DNA of 62,821 nt, filler included, from Rhabdomonas costata (lineage: Eukaryota), in assembly GCA_019059605.1 (NCBI GenBank). It is 14 parts of 14 records of this genome, joined end to end, with 100 filler letters (N's around TTAATTAATTAA, not from the genome) between each part and the next. Parts side by side here need not be neighbours in the genome. Positions count along the whole stretch, not along the records: positions 31,607 to 35,999 come from JAHMHO010000255.1; positions 36,100 to 40,492 come from JAHMHO010000256.1; positions 40,593 to 44,968 come from JAHMHO010000257.1; positions 45,069 to 49,435 come from JAHMHO010000258.1; positions 49,536 to 53,894 come from JAHMHO010000259.1; 9 more parts are not named here. One strand, written 5' to 3'. The notes beneath the pieces are model-generated. The model did not search any database, was not told the origin of the DNA, and worked only from the letters and a program-made list of their open reading frames with translations. This document shows positions 35,981-49,550 of this stretch, in pieces (positions within the stretch are counted from its first letter, which is position 1; each line of letters opens with the position of its first letter). The translations under genes and the position numbers were made by a program.

Positions 35981-38206
35981 TTTGCACCCCCCCCCACCCN
36001 NNNNNNNNNNNNNNNNNNNNNNNNNNNNNNNNNNNNNNNNNNNTTAATTAATTAANNNNNNNNNNNNNNNNNNNNNNNNNNNNNNNNNNNNNNNNNNNNA
36101 CAGTCCTTCGGTAGACAGCATCTTCTCCGTGGTAAAGGTGTGGCCCTCAACAGAATGGTGGTGATGGTGCTCTGTGTGCTGAGTTGCGCGCTGAAGTCGC
36201 TGTAATACGACAAATCGGCAAATTTTGGGCCAACCTGCCTTCAGCGGAATGCAGAGTGCCTTGTACGCTCTTGCTGAACTTTTTGAAACATCTTGGTTTG
36301 GCAGAATAACCATTTGTGACAAGGTTGATTGGAAGTTGGCCGTTTTCGTCACTTGTACTACTTTTCCTTTTTCCTGCTCCCTTTGGGCCGCTGGCCCCTG
36401 GCTGGTGCGCGGACGCAAGAGGCTGTTGATTCCACGTTAGCTCCCTCTATTTTCAACAGCCGTTGAAGGGACTTGCCCCCGCCGTGAAGCTGAAGTACTC
36501 GTGTAACGGTTTGATTTCTGTTTTAAGTCGGCTTGCAGCTCGGCCTCTTAGCGTCGAAAATACAAGCCAAGCTTGGCCTTAACTTTTCTCTCGCTCTACG
36601 TTGTTCGCTGCGTCTCCGCAGTCCAATTATGGCAACTGGCTCGGGGTGCAGCCCGGCATTTTGAGCATCTCCGTTATGGGCAGCCCGTACTTCTGCGCGC
36701 TGATGCCAATCTCAGTGACTAACATCAGGTCTGCAGCCTCCAGACTGAGCTTCTGTTCAAGTTCATGCAAACGGTGCTGCCATGACATTCTGAGTGAGCA
36801 GCTCAGTAAGTGGCTACATCGTTTCTGTGGCGTTAGGACTCCGATGGTGATGAACATGATGGTACATGTCATATTATGGAGGAAAGAGTGCAAATTTCCG
36901 TGCGAATCTAGCGTCTGTTCTGGTTTAATCGGAACGCTCCAAAAGGGACGGACTGTGCTTGCTATTTCCCGTTTCACCTCATTTGTGACCGAAACAGTTT
37001 TGCGAAACGTGAGCTTGTAGACTTATATGGGATTCGAGATTTGGGAGGGATGATGCCTCCATGTTTCCACATGAATTGACCAAAACCGTGCCGATTGTCT
37101 ACCCAGCCCAACCCTGCCCATCCCAAGGCAAGCCAAGTCAACGCGAGCCATCATATCCCTGGATATGTTGGCTTGCCACACCCTCACTGAGGATAAGCGG
37201 CCATGCGAGAATGGTTTTAACCTCAGTTTTTGGAAGGTATGGGCACTGATATGCGGAAGCCGGAAAATATTGCTAAAGCTCAGAACTTCATACCATGAAG
37301 GCTCCGCAGTGGTGGCCAGATGCCGTATTCTCACAAGTCCAAGCTTAGGCTTTTTGGAGCAGGAACGGCATGAAAAGAAGCTGTGCACAATGAGTTCCAG
37401 TTGCCTCGTTTCCCAAGTTTTGGGGGAAAAGAGGCACCAGGGCTTGGGTCGTGGGTTTCTTCTTCGCGACACACAACAGACACCAGTCGCACAATGGAAA
37501 CTATGCGACATCAAGCGGTGAAAAGGAGCAGCCGGAAAGCGATATCACATAGAAGGGTGAGAAGATGAGCCACCTGGAATGAGCAACGGACCTACAGATC
37601 ACCCGGGGTGTACGAGTGGTCCCGAGGGGGACACCAACCCTGCGAGGCAGGGAAAGTAACGTGAGGCATTCACGGATGCCATTGCCTCCTCTTTTACATC
37701 GATCCTTCATCTTTATCCATTCACCCTGACCCCAAGTAAAAACACGCATACCTCTTACGCTGTGCTCCTTTTGATTTTCATTCTTCTCTTGAGGATGGAA
37801 AACAGTAAAAATATCGTCTTCCTTCTTTTGAGGAGGGTGCAGCCTCCTCCGCATGACGCCCGGAATTTTGCTTATTTTAGTGAATATATATATGAAAGAG
37901 TTATATATGAATGGGTTAGCATATCTCCGTTTCACCACTTTATTACTGAACCTTTTCGCTTACGCACAGACACGGCTCCTCATTCCTTTTGCTATCCCAA
38001 AAAATCCCACACCACCGATGACTACTTTCTGCTCACTTGCTCAAACAGTCTTGAGGCTCCACCATTACAGCACACGGGAGGGGTTACTTTGTCCTTAATG
38101 TTAAAGGCAACCAAAGAGCGATATGCTTCTGGGATACGCTAGATTTTGTTTACAGTCAAAAGAAGCCTGTTTTTTTTTCCAATGTGGCAAACTCAGCAGC
38201 ATGCCT

Positions 38207-40240
38207 GACGGATGTACGGCACCCTCATCTCGCAGAAAGGAGGCTTAGTGTCGTTCTTACTGTCCCCACCATCCGCCGCCGTGGGGGGATCTTTGCAGAG
38301 GTACATGTTGCGCAAGTTGGTGCGGCGGTGGACGGCAGTGTAATTGGCAGGGAGGAAGCGCTGGTACCGATCAATCTGTTCGTGTTAAAGAAACAGGGAA
38401 ACACCTTTCTCTCCGTATGTACCTCTCTGCAAGACTGAAGAAGGTAAGGAAAGGCGGGGAAATAAATACAACCCATTCCCATTCCGATCTCCATGGAACC
38501 CGGCACCAGGCGGGCAGGGGCACGTGTACGCCAGAAGCACACTATTCCCTATATTTGTTCTCATCACGCCGATCTCGAATCGGATGTCGCCCTGTGCAAG
38601 ACGGAATTCCGGGGCGTTTAAAAGAGTACTGATATAGAAAGCTATGCGACGTGTCTGTTCACGACGTTCAGTGGGTTCCTGGGGAAAGCCCGAAGACCGA
38701 GTCTGCAACAGGTATAGAGTGAGGCAGAGGGGAGGGAGAGAGGCCAGACTTCGCGACTCAAGGAAGGGGAGGGCAGAAGCAGGTCGTAGGCCCGGCTGCC
38801 ATCCACGGGGAGTGTCCGAAAGAGATGGTAGGCAGCGTGCCTACGCAGCGTGCCCATCTTCGGGTCCCATGAACTCACTGCGCAGTACCGGCCCCCTTCC
38901 AGGGGCGGGCGCAGCAGCAGGCTAAAGTTGTACAGCTTGGAGGCCCGGACGTACTTGTGGGTGGTGGTGTCCAGGAAAGGCGGCACCACGAAAGTGACGT
39001 TGGCATGCCGTGCCACCTCAAATCCATTGAGCATGGAAATCACCTTTTTTTTGCAGTGGCTCAAACAAACTAAATAAGAAACAAAGCGGAAGCACAGAAA
39101 CAACAGCAACAAGTGCACAGCTAGACATGGCAGGAGGCAAGAGAGAACTGGAGTGGCGGAAGCGATCAAGCGATGCGAGACCGAGAAAGGAGAGGGGGGG
39201 GGATCGGTTTTGAGTATGCATGAGCGACACAAGAGAGAGGACGGGTAATGAATGGGTGATGGGTGTTCAGCGGATGGCTGATGCGGAGGTGAGATCACTG
39301 TTCATTGGCAGGTCACCGCGTCCCTAACCTTGAGCTGGCCATACGCTTGTGAACTGCGGGTGTGTAGTTGGGGGAAGATTTTTCTTCGATAACGTGTGGT
39401 CCCACCCCAGCATGGAGCGCTGAAACCGCGCGTGGTTAGGGTGGGCACTGTGCCTGATTGCTGTGCCCTCCGAAGTCGTTGGTGAATGTGAAGTAGCGGC
39501 GGGGGCAGCCTGGGGGCGTCGGGTCCACAAAAGTCTCATTGTCATCCCCGTCATCCGCTGGGAGCGAAAAAGAAGAAAATACCTGGCGGTAAAAGTCCCA
39601 ATTCACACAAAAACCGTATGACACAGTCCTGCAGCAGCATTTTCAGGGTTGCTGCGAGAAGGCAGTTGCCAACTCACTAAAGAAAGATTACGAAAAGTAC
39701 AACGTCAACAGGTCGCGACAAGCTGTGAAACAGATATAGAATGGGCTCGGTTTCTGTTGTGCGCAGGCAACCCTGCACAAGGAACAAAAACCACTAGGGG
39801 AAACGGCTCACTGTATTCACCGCGCATCAGGCACGGGAAGCCCATGGCAACCGTTTTCCTCTCCCGAGCATACACGAAGTCGAAGTCGCAAGCGCTCAAG
39901 TGGCAAGCAAGGAGAGGACGCGTGGGTGTGATGACAGACCAAAGCACTTAAGCACTTCAATCAACTTGCCCAAGACATTGATGTTACACATCCAACTACT
40001 GCATGCCATGTGTGGTGCGTTCGCTCTTTTGAGAACAGAACATGAAGCGACCCCCCTGTCCCCTGCCCCTATGGGACAGATATCGCAGCGCAGCAGACCA
40101 GGCGCATCCGCAGGGGAAGGCCTGAGATGTGCCCTCTGGCTGAGCCAGAACGGCATTCGGGCGGCAAAGCGCTGCCGCACACTCTTCGCTGCATCGTGAC
40201 GAACCGTCACAGGCAGCTCCGGCTCGGGCGAGAAGGATGC
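38207..40240 (-). CDS. O-fucosyltransferase-family (GT-B, POFUT-like) protein, partial
   Basis: Spliced GGHSNQ|VISMLNGFEVARHANVTFVVPP matches the GGxxNQ...NxTLVLP N-terminal motif, and NYTAVHRR (exon from 38375) matches the YxAVHxR GDP-fucose-binding motif. The middle exons are unresolved. Confidence 0.65.
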
Positions 40241-41028
40241 CTTTGCCCCCCCCCCCCCCAAAAAAAAAAGGAAACGTTTCTAGCGCACTGGGGGCGGACA
40301 GGGAAAGGCGGGCGGACGGTAAGTACGCGAGAATGATGAGTATGCGACAGAAAAACACTTCCTATTTGGAACACCTTTGTCATATCTCTAGGGCCCACAA
40401 GCGGAAGCAAGCCGGTGCCAGCAAAAAGTTCTCCTGAGCTCTACCCTTAGATATGCCACTCCAGGAAATGAGGCAAAGTCGGAAACAGCGTCNNNNNNNN
40501 NNNNNNNNNNNNNNNNNNNNNNNNNNNNNNNNNNNNTTAATTAATTAANNNNNNNNNNNNNNNNNNNNNNNNNNNNNNNNNNNNNNNNNNNNGGTTGGGT
40601 TGTGGCAAGATGGTCTTTCTTTGGTCCAGAAGTATGTCACGGTGAGTGTTCTCGTTTGGGGAAAGGAGATTTACGAAAGGCCAGTGCAAGGACACCTAGG
40701 GTTCTTACCTGGGATGGTTAGAGGGATTCGCGGTGCTGTATGCTTGCGGGGATGCTGAAGGTAGTTTGGCATTTCGATGGCTGCCCCGCAGTCGAGCCGA
40801 CGTAGCTGACGAGTAAGCAGTCCTTCTTGCCTCACGCTGCAACCCCGAATAGTAGATGAATTGGTTGCGCTTGGGAAGTTGTCTGCGCCAGCTTTCTCGA
40901 CTGCACTATTTCCACAACGTCCCTTTGGGACCTCCTCACCTTTTGTATTGCAGAATTGATAGCTGTGGTTTCGTTCTTGCAAATGTTCTTCTTTTGATTT
41001 TTTGGGGGTTGCGGCGTGTCTTTTGCAG

Positions 41029-42953
41029 ACCTTCGGTGCGTCAGGGCCCCATCCTTCCCGGGCTACGCTGTACCGCCCGGGAAGGTCTCGTATCAGACCG
41101 CGCATTCTGTCGGGTGAACGGCTGCGGTCCGAAGCAAGCCTCTACCGGATGTGCACACACACCCTTGCCCGTGGAACCACCGATGCCACGCCAATCACCG
41201 AGACAAGCAGCGATCACAGCAGCGGGGGCCTTCCACAGACCCCTCTGGGGGAGCTGCTGCCCAGCAGCAAGGCTGAGCGAAGTCCCTTTGGGGACTTCAC
41301 CGTGCTCGTGGTCGACGACAGCGCGGTGAATCTCACCGTAATGAGCAAGCTGCTGCAGTCGATGGGCTTTGGGCGGGTTTACACCGCTGCAGGTCACGTA
41401 GCGTCCCATTTCTGGACCTTTGGAGGTTTAGAACTGCTCCTGAAGAGTGCCCGCCTCTGACAATGGTCCTGGTAAATAGTCACGTCGTCTTCATTGGCTT
41501 GTGCATTTTCCCAGTGTTGTGAAACCTGCAAGTGTTGTGTCAGGAACTTAGCAAGTCCCTGCACTATAAAGAAAGTTGCAAGTTTGTGAGGTGTCGTCAG
41601 CTTCGTTTTCCCGTTTTTCTCTCTCCTCCGTGGTGATAAATGTCCACCCACACACGGAGAGTTAAGCTCGATGGTTTTGTGCCCGGTATGGTATGGTCAA
41701 ACCACAGCTCCATTACGGTTGGCTCCGTCATCCCTCATTTGTGCCGCTCTTCATTCCCTGCATTTCTTGCTAACCTTGTACACCTCCATCTCAGTCACTC
41801 TCGGATCACCTTGAACTGATTTTTTTATGGCAGTGAGAGGTGTGAAATGAAGTAGTTCCAATTGGCAACCACTCTCAGAATTAAATTGCGTGGCTGTGTT
41901 GATTTCAGATGGGGAAGCCGCTTTGGATGTTTTCGAGGAGAAACCTGAGGTCTCCCTGATTCTCACTGATATTGAGATGCCTCGGATGGATGGCATGGAG
42001 CTGGCCAGGAAGGTTCGCGAGATGAGACGAGCCCTTCCCTCGGCATGCAGCGCGGCTGCCTCTGAGCCAAGAAAACCGGTCATAATCGCCATCTCGGGGG
42101 GCTTCGAGGGCGACCGTTTTCAGGAGGTTGCTTGACGAAATCTCTCCTCTGTCACATTTGTCTCATTCCGGACTTCTGGCACCAACACGCGGTAACTTAA
42201 CCGCTGTGCATTGTGTCCACACTTTGTCCTCGTTCCTTGTTCGACCTTGTCGTTCAATTTTGCGGTACTTATGATTTTCGGCCAGCTTTCCGTTCTGCAC
42301 TCTTCCGTTTCTTGTTTCTTGTCCTCCGTTTTTTTGTGCGGGGCACTGAGTGTTTATTCAACGGTCCTAATGATAATGAGGAAACAGTCCAGTTTGCACG
42401 TTTGCAATTACTGGCATACAGTTTGTTTGTTGCTGCTTCAGGCTGGAATTGACGCCTTCCTGGTCAAGCCCGTAACTCGGGAGCAGCTTCTGCACATGGC
42501 GACGCGGTGGCTACTCCGCAGAGACTCTTCGATGCCCACCCCTGGGGAGGGCGTGTTCCCCGCCGCGCTTGCCTTCCCTCGCAGAGCCACAAGCTCGTCT
42601 GGGTCCCCATTTGTTTCCCCTCGCTCCCCTTTTCCACCAACCTTTTCCTCAGCCTTCGCCCATGTTCGCTCCCAGTCCGCCCTTGCGGACCGTACTTCTT
42701 CTGCTGCTTTAAAGGATGGAGTCATGACCCCAAGCCGTGTCCCAGGCAATTCCCAGGCCATGTTTAAAAGAGCGAGCTCTCCGAGGGTCCAAGAAGCGCG
42801 GCCACAGCCATCCTCAGTGCCGGACTCTTCGTCGGGGCAGCAGCTGAGCCCCCGCGACAGGGACCGGCTGATGTTGCGGATTGAGTACAACGCGTCCTGC
42901 TCCGCGTTGCTGACCAATATGATGGGAGCAATGGGATCGAGTCTTTCCTCTAG
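41029..42953 (+). CDS. Response-regulator receiver (REC) domain protein, probably part of a hybrid histidine kinase
   Basis: Exons 41029-41392, 41909-42126 and 42442-42953 give VLVVDDSAVN...A|DGEAAL...LILTDIEMPRMDGMEL...IIAISG...AGIDAFLVKP. The acidic pair, phospho-acceptor Asp, Ser and Lys are all intact. Confidence 0.92.
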
Positions 42954-42993
42954 GTAAGGAGACTGAAACTTTCTCTTTAGCGCTGGCCTCCCT

Positions 42994-43091
42994 TTTCCCT
43001 TTTCGACCGGTGTAATTAAAAACATCGAGTGGCGAAATGACTTCCCATTTCCCTTTTCGACCGGTGTGCTGCACTACATCGAGTGGCGAAA
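42994..43091. repeat. Imperfect tandem duplication, 54-bp unit
   Basis: tttcccttttcgaccggtgt occurs at 42994 and 43048, and acatcgagtggcgaaa at 43022 and 43076. Confidence 0.85.
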
Positions 43092-46000
43092 GGGATTCGA
43101 TGGTTGGTTTCCGATTCTGACCTGCAGACTTTCTTTTCCATCCATGCACCCTCTCGTCTACTATGACTCGCAGCTACCTTTCTTGGCGGGGGGGGTCACC
43201 GTGTCTTCTTAGTGTGCTCACAATTTATGTACCGGGTCCCTTTGCAGCTCCAGCTGCTGGGCCTGTGCCTGTGTTGCCTTTTTTCTTGATTCAGATGCTG
43301 CTGGATACTTTTATGGAATATGCACACACACAACAGGGTCATCGCACAACAACATGCACACATCAACCATACGAACACCCACGAATTTTTTGCGTGGAGA
43401 AGCTGTTGGCGCAGGCGAAGACACACCCCCGTGGTCACGCCTGTGCCTCTATATGGCAATAGAGAAAGTGCCAGGTGACGTGCATCGTCCACTGCAGTGC
43501 TTTTTTCTGGCTATGTAGCCAGCTGCCCTCAACACTTTTCACGTTTCTGCTCATCACACTCACTTTTACCTTTTACCTTTTGTCCCGTGGGCTTGCCGCA
43601 TGCGGGGACTCGTGGTTTTTTCCTTCAATTTTGTCATTTTGACTTGTTGTCGCTGCTGTTTGACGAGAACCATTACACCACAGGTTCGTGTTGGTTCCTT
43701 TGTTTTTCTGTGATGTTGCAGTGCCAGTGCTTACGGCGAATAGTCGCAGCTCAACGTGCCCAATCATAAAGAATCGAGTTCGATGCTAAAAGCTGCATTA
43801 AGGTCCTCGGACCTGGAACGTGGACTTCCGTGGAGAGGTGTGACGACACAGGTAAAGTGGGTAGGCTATTATTCTATGATCGTGAAGGAGTAAAAGAAAC
43901 GTAAATACAGGGTTGGAAAAAGCGCAAAAGAAAGTTGTAAAAGAAACAAAAATGTGAGCGGTGTGGCAGAAATTGACTTTCATTGGGGTGGACGTCCGTA
44001 AGATGCAGCACATTTTTCGTGTCCTTTGAGGTTCTGCACTGATAAATTGCAGGTTAGAATCTAGCCTGCTAAAGACATTGGTATTGCCTTGTAACATTCA
44101 TGGAATGAATGTTACAAGACAATACCAATTTTGCAGTTGTTGGAGGGGTGGAGTTCCTGAGCTTGACCTCCTTCTCCGCCCTGCAAAGGAATGAGGTGAA
44201 TTGTTTGCTAACCGATTTTAAAACATTTTCCCCAAAAATCCTCCTGTGTGACTTTAGCTTTCCTAGGGCGAGTAGCCTTGGCTTGAATACTGGAATGGTT
44301 TTGCCCGCCACATGTCCTTAAAAGAGCAAACCATCCAGTCTGATGTCCTAGTCTTGAGGTCCATTTTTGGCGCGCAGTTCCGAGTATCTTTGGGATGCCC
44401 CTGCCCACACCGGTGACCTGCTTTTGGCCGCAGTATCCACGGCGTTCTCGTTTTATTCTCTCCTTTATTGTCTTTGCCTCACTTGGAACGTTTTCTGAAT
44501 CAACTAATCGTTGTCAGCGGCACGCCGCCGTCTCCCGCTGTGGATCGGAAACCCCGGCACGAGGTCGCACAAAAAAAGAGAAAATTCCAGGAAAGTGCTA
44601 GCACAAACTGCAAACTACCATGGGCGGAGTGGCGCGCCTGTGCCGGGCGCCGCGGCGCCAGAGAGTGTCGCTGCTTGGTGCGTTCTGCTTTGCTTTTCCG
44701 CTGGTGCCTTCTTGCGCCCGCTTTTTTTTTCGGAAGAAGACCCGACAAGGCAGGCGCACGGCCCGCCCCGCGAAGCCATCTAGCCTATGGGCCACTAACA
44801 GGCTCCAGACAATGCGATTCACACAGCAAGCCATTATCATCTGCTTGTTTGTTTTGAAGCTTTGTGTCGAAAGTTTTTCCCATCTTACTTCTCAAAAAGC
44901 AAAATTCATCACCGTGGACCTTTTTTGCACCGTCATTGCCCCAGACCTCCCATCCTCGAAAACCCACANNNNNNNNNNNNNNNNNNNNNNNNNNNNNNNN
45001 NNNNNNNNNNNNTTAATTAATTAANNNNNNNNNNNNNNNNNNNNNNNNNNNNNNNNNNNNNNNNNNNNGGTGGTTTTGCTTAAAGATGCGGGTCTACTGA
45101 TGCAGTTTGGAAATTAACGAGTTAACCAATCTCCAAAACATTTTCCCTTTTCCAAGGGTTTTCGCCCTTTTTTGTGTAAATTCCTTTTTTCCCGTGCCTC
45201 CTTTCGGGATCCCAAAATATCCCAACCGCTAACCCGTGTTTCAGAATCATTTGGATTTTTTTCTTCCTTCCTTTTCCTTTCTTTTCCCTTCCTGTAAGTC
45301 CTTTTTTCTTATTTCAATCTTCCGATGTTGATTTTAACGTGTGATCTGCGATTACACAGATCATTACCCACTTCAGGGGGGACTTAAACGTTTATCCCCG
45401 CTAATCGATCATGAATTCCCTTCCCTCGCTCCCCTCCACAAAAAGACGTCTTCAGCTAAACACGGAACTCATTCAGAAGCGACGCTGTCGGCTTCTGTAT
45501 TGCGCATTTCACACGAAAAACAAAAAGGACGCCTAATTTCATGACCTCAGACCACGGAAAAGCACATTTGACAGAATTCAACCTGGAGGTGTGGTGGGTG
45601 GCAGAGCAATGTCGAGTTCTGACGATGTAACTAAATTTATGAGTAAAAGAAAATCGGCATCCTCCAAGAACATGGATGCAGCCATCTCCTAAGATTGGAA
45701 TCCTAGGTGTTCCAAATCCACAACCTTAGCGGTCTGGAGATTTGAAAAGGCTCGGTAGGCGTGTGTGTGCGTGCGTGTGTGTCTGTGTTTGCGCTTTATC
45801 ACAGCCACCCAGTTATGCCACTGCCGATGTTGCGGAAATTCTGGAGAGGTTCACCTCAGATGTAACAGACTCGCAGGGAAGGGGCAGTTCTCTCGGGAGG
45901 CATCTGGATGACCTGAGAGGAAACTTTGATAGTTTCCAGCCAGTCCATTCCTGTCAGAGCCCACCGTCCCGCGGCCGAAATGATTGGGTCAGTGCTGTTC

Positions 46001-46999
46001 AGTGCTGTGTACAGCCGGAAGTCCACCAAAGTGGGAGGGTTGACCAGTGAATTAGAGTTCGGCAGGTGTAACGGTCCTTCTAATGTAATAATAAGAAACC
46101 GATTCTTTCTCCTCTCGGCCAATGATCACTCCTTTCCATGAAACACATACCCCCACAACACATACTTTTGCCTACATTTCCTCTTAACTAAATTCCCTTT
46201 TTGGCCAAATGACCGTTCTGGCAATTCCCCCTTGACCATTGCTACTGTATTTTCCCTGCACAACACCAGTTGTGTTTTTCGTGCTTTTCTTCCCGCTTTT
46301 GGTTTCATTTGGTACCGCTTTTCCCCCGCGAACCTTTTGGTTACTTGACCATACCGGATTGTTTTAAAATTTGCTACCGCATTATACCAAATCTAAAGGA
46401 ATCTAACTGGAAACCACACATCCACACAAAACTACCGAAATTGACCCAAAAACTTGGGCCAATGAATTGTTGTAAATATTTCCCATTCTTTTCATGCAAT
46501 TTGCTTTCCATTTCCAAGATTTTAAACACTCTTTTTCCTTCTCTCAATTCCCGCATTTTTTTCAATTATAACGTTTATGTTTTGGGATTTTGAAAGAGAA
46601 GAAGTTTCAACTAAATTCCTACCGAATCAGCAAATTATTTTGTAAAGTAAGTGTGCCCAGTACGAGGTTCGGGAGCCCTCTCACCTGATAGCAGATGTTC
46701 GATGCTACCTACCGGCTTCAGCAGTGTGAATTTTTTGTCCTTCTTACCTACTTTTTGTGTCCAAGTTTTGTTGTTTTTGAACTACTTTGAAATAAAAGGC
46801 TTTGCTCGAAGTTTTTGTTTTATTTCTAACGCTTTTCCACTACCGGCTTTAAGTAAGAAGAAATTATTATGAAAGGGAATCCACCCCTCCGCGATAGACA
46901 AATAAGTGCGCCACTACTCCCCTTCTTGGCCCCAGGCAAACCTGTCTTCTTCTAACGCAACCTACGCAGTCATTTTCAGGGAGCCAAGACCCCCAGATT

Positions 47000-47750
47000 C
47001 ACGTAGGTGTGTCGGCCTACAGCAGCCACCCCTACCCCGTCAGTGTTAGCATCAGTGAGAACACCACATCTAATGCCTGCTGTTCAAGCTACGGGGCCTA
47101 CTCCAATGGAGTTGAACGCCGCCTTGCAATCACACGCCCATAGACTTGGAGCCTGTTTGGCTCTCTTTACCACTGATTTTCCAACTAACGGAGCAACGCC
47201 AATGCCTAACGTCGCAGTTGCCAGCAATTTCCGACATTGGGACGAGCGGAGCCCCTTGAGTCCCAAAAGGGGCCGTGACAGAAGAGAGTCGCCGTATATG
47301 GAACGCTACAGAAGAGAGTCCACCTACCGCGGAAACGATTGAGATGAGAGAAGCCCGCTACGAGACGAGCGCGACTCCATACAAAACGTTTACGAACGAG
47401 GCCGCTATCATAACAGAGACAGAAGGGAATCACATCGAGACCAAGGGGACCGAAGTACGCACGCAAGAGACGAAGTTTATAACCGGATCAGCCAAAGGCC
47501 ACCGCCACCCCCCCACTGATACAACACACCCATCTCACCAATATCCACAAAACGACCTACAAGCCACGGAGTTGTAACCACGCAGGATAGTACCTGTCAC
47601 TACTGTGGACAAGTTGGGCACTAATCAGAGAATGTCCCCAGCGGAAGACCGAGTCACAGAGAAAGGAGAAGGAGGAGCACAGTGGCTCGGGTAGCGGGGC
47701 GGTGGGATGTGGACACAGATGACGAATGGTTGGGACTCTAACACCAGGCG
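47000..47750 (+). mobile_element. Decayed gag-like retroelement remnant with a CCHC zinc knuckle
   Basis: An Arg/Asp/Glu-rich frame with stops is followed by CHYCGQVGH, a 1-nt frameshift, then IRECP at 47595-47638, giving C-x2-C-x4-H-x4-C. Confidence 0.6.
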
Positions 47751-49040
47751 TCTTCCGGAACAACACCGCCTGCCTCCACGGTCTTGAAATCCCCCTACCC
47801 GGCAAGTTTTCGAAGGAGCTGTTGCCACGACATAATCCACGATCCGTTAGTCTCAACCAAGCTCTCCTGACGCTCAGCACAGAGCTCGTCTTCACCTTCT
47901 CCACCGCCACCGCCGCTTGGACTTTGACAAACCAACATAAAACGAAGGCCCCAACGAAGCGGTAAAGGCGCTGGACAAAAAAGAACTAGAAACCGGCGGT
48001 TTGCAGGGAAAAGGCCACGTCCCCGAAAATGCCGGTGGAAAAGTGGCGGGGCAAAAAAGTGTGTAGTAACACGCTGTTTTGCGCCAGCAGGGGTAATGGC
48101 ACAGAAAAGCCGAAAAGTTTCACACTACACAAGGTCCGGGAACCAGAAGGGACGCGGTCGGACCGGTCGGAGGTTGGAAGAGCGGGACGTGACAAAGGAA
48201 TTGGCAGGCGGGGTCGCATTTCTAGGGTGGCGGCCGGGGAACGGACAAAAAACACAGCACACAGGACACACAGGACAGCACAAAGGACAAAAGCATAGGA
48301 AACGCGAAAAAACTGTTGTCGCAAAATGCCGCAATTCTTGCGTCATTTTCGTCAATCAGGATGCTGCAGCACGGGTAGGTTTGGCCCTGTTGACCGTTGA
48401 CGCTGATGCAAAAAAGGCGCCAAAGAAGACAGCGACGGTGGACAGGCGGCAAAGGTGCCGCGCTCCCAGACGCGGTCAGCTTTGCGCGTGATACACTAAG
48501 GGCAGTATTAAATTCAATAGCCAAACCTGCGAGAAAAAGTATCCGAAGGCGTCTCGTTAGACATGTTACGTTTGCCGTGTTGCATTTTCAACGAGGTGGC
48601 TGCCAAATATTTATAGTGCACCAAAGTTTTCCCCCTACCAGCCCCCGAAAAGTCAGTGTTATAGGTGATTCGATATGGGTGCAGTTTTTGTCCAAACTCT
48701 GACCCACGAGATAAAGAGGGGACAAGTTACGGAATATGCCTGCTTAAGATCCTTTTATTTCATTTCACTTGTTTTTTCACTTCGACCCATTGCTGATACC
48801 ATAGATAACGCAAAGATTCTCCAAATGTAGCCGCCTCTGCTCATGGCCAAATGAATATAACCTAATCACAAGGACCCATCCGGTCCCAGGAAAACTCATC
48901 TGTCGCTATTATGCAAACTCAGCCTAAGCTGTTTGTATCCAATTGGGGGCATGCTTCCGTTGCATACAGTTCACATCACCACAGCACAGGCAGTGCAATG
49001 TCCAGACAGCACACTGTGTGATGCCACCGCGCGAGGGTTT

Positions 49041-49166
49041 CTAAGAATGCGCAATGGGCTTGAGAGGTTCGCACCGAATGTCCGAAAAAGTCTGCTGCAG
49101 GGCAGCATCGGCAGCCTCATCCACCAGCCCAATTACGGCAAGATTGTCGCCTCTGATAATGTAGAG
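49041..49166 (-). CDS. LSM8: U6 snRNA-associated Sm-like protein LSm8, last exon
   Basis: LYIIRGDNLAVIGLVDEAAD...SDIRCEPLKPIAHS* follows a ttcttctcag acceptor. It has the Sm2 motif and the LSm8-type tail. Confidence 0.88.
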   Translation of the reverse strand, partial: LYIIRGDNLAVIGLVDEAADAALQQTFSDIRCEPLKPIAHS

Positions 49167-49550
49167 CTGAGAAGAACAAAGAGAAAAGACAAAGGCAGAG
49201 AATTGTTTGGATGCGCTACTATCTACCCGACATTCACCCGACACGGGTCATTGGAAGGTCAGCGTATCTGGTGTCAAAGCACAAGCAAAGCGAGCACGCC
49301 AGGAGCTGATTGACCTCGTTCTATCGTTCTGAGGCACTTTCGGAAGCGCGCATGGCACACGCTGGCATTGTAGGAGGCAGGGACGCTGTTCGTAGCCACC
49401 ATGAGTGGGTAGCGCCCCCCCCACACACAAAAAAANNNNNNNNNNNNNNNNNNNNNNNNNNNNNNNNNNNNNNNNNNNNTTAATTAATTAANNNNNNNNN
49501 NNNNNNNNNNNNNNNNNNNNNNNNNNNNNNNNNNNGGGGGTGGTGGGCAG

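Noticed and set aside
36100..37560. Broken coding-like frames downstream of the fucosyltransferase-like gene
   Set aside because: Possibly transposon debris, but there is no motif I can identify.
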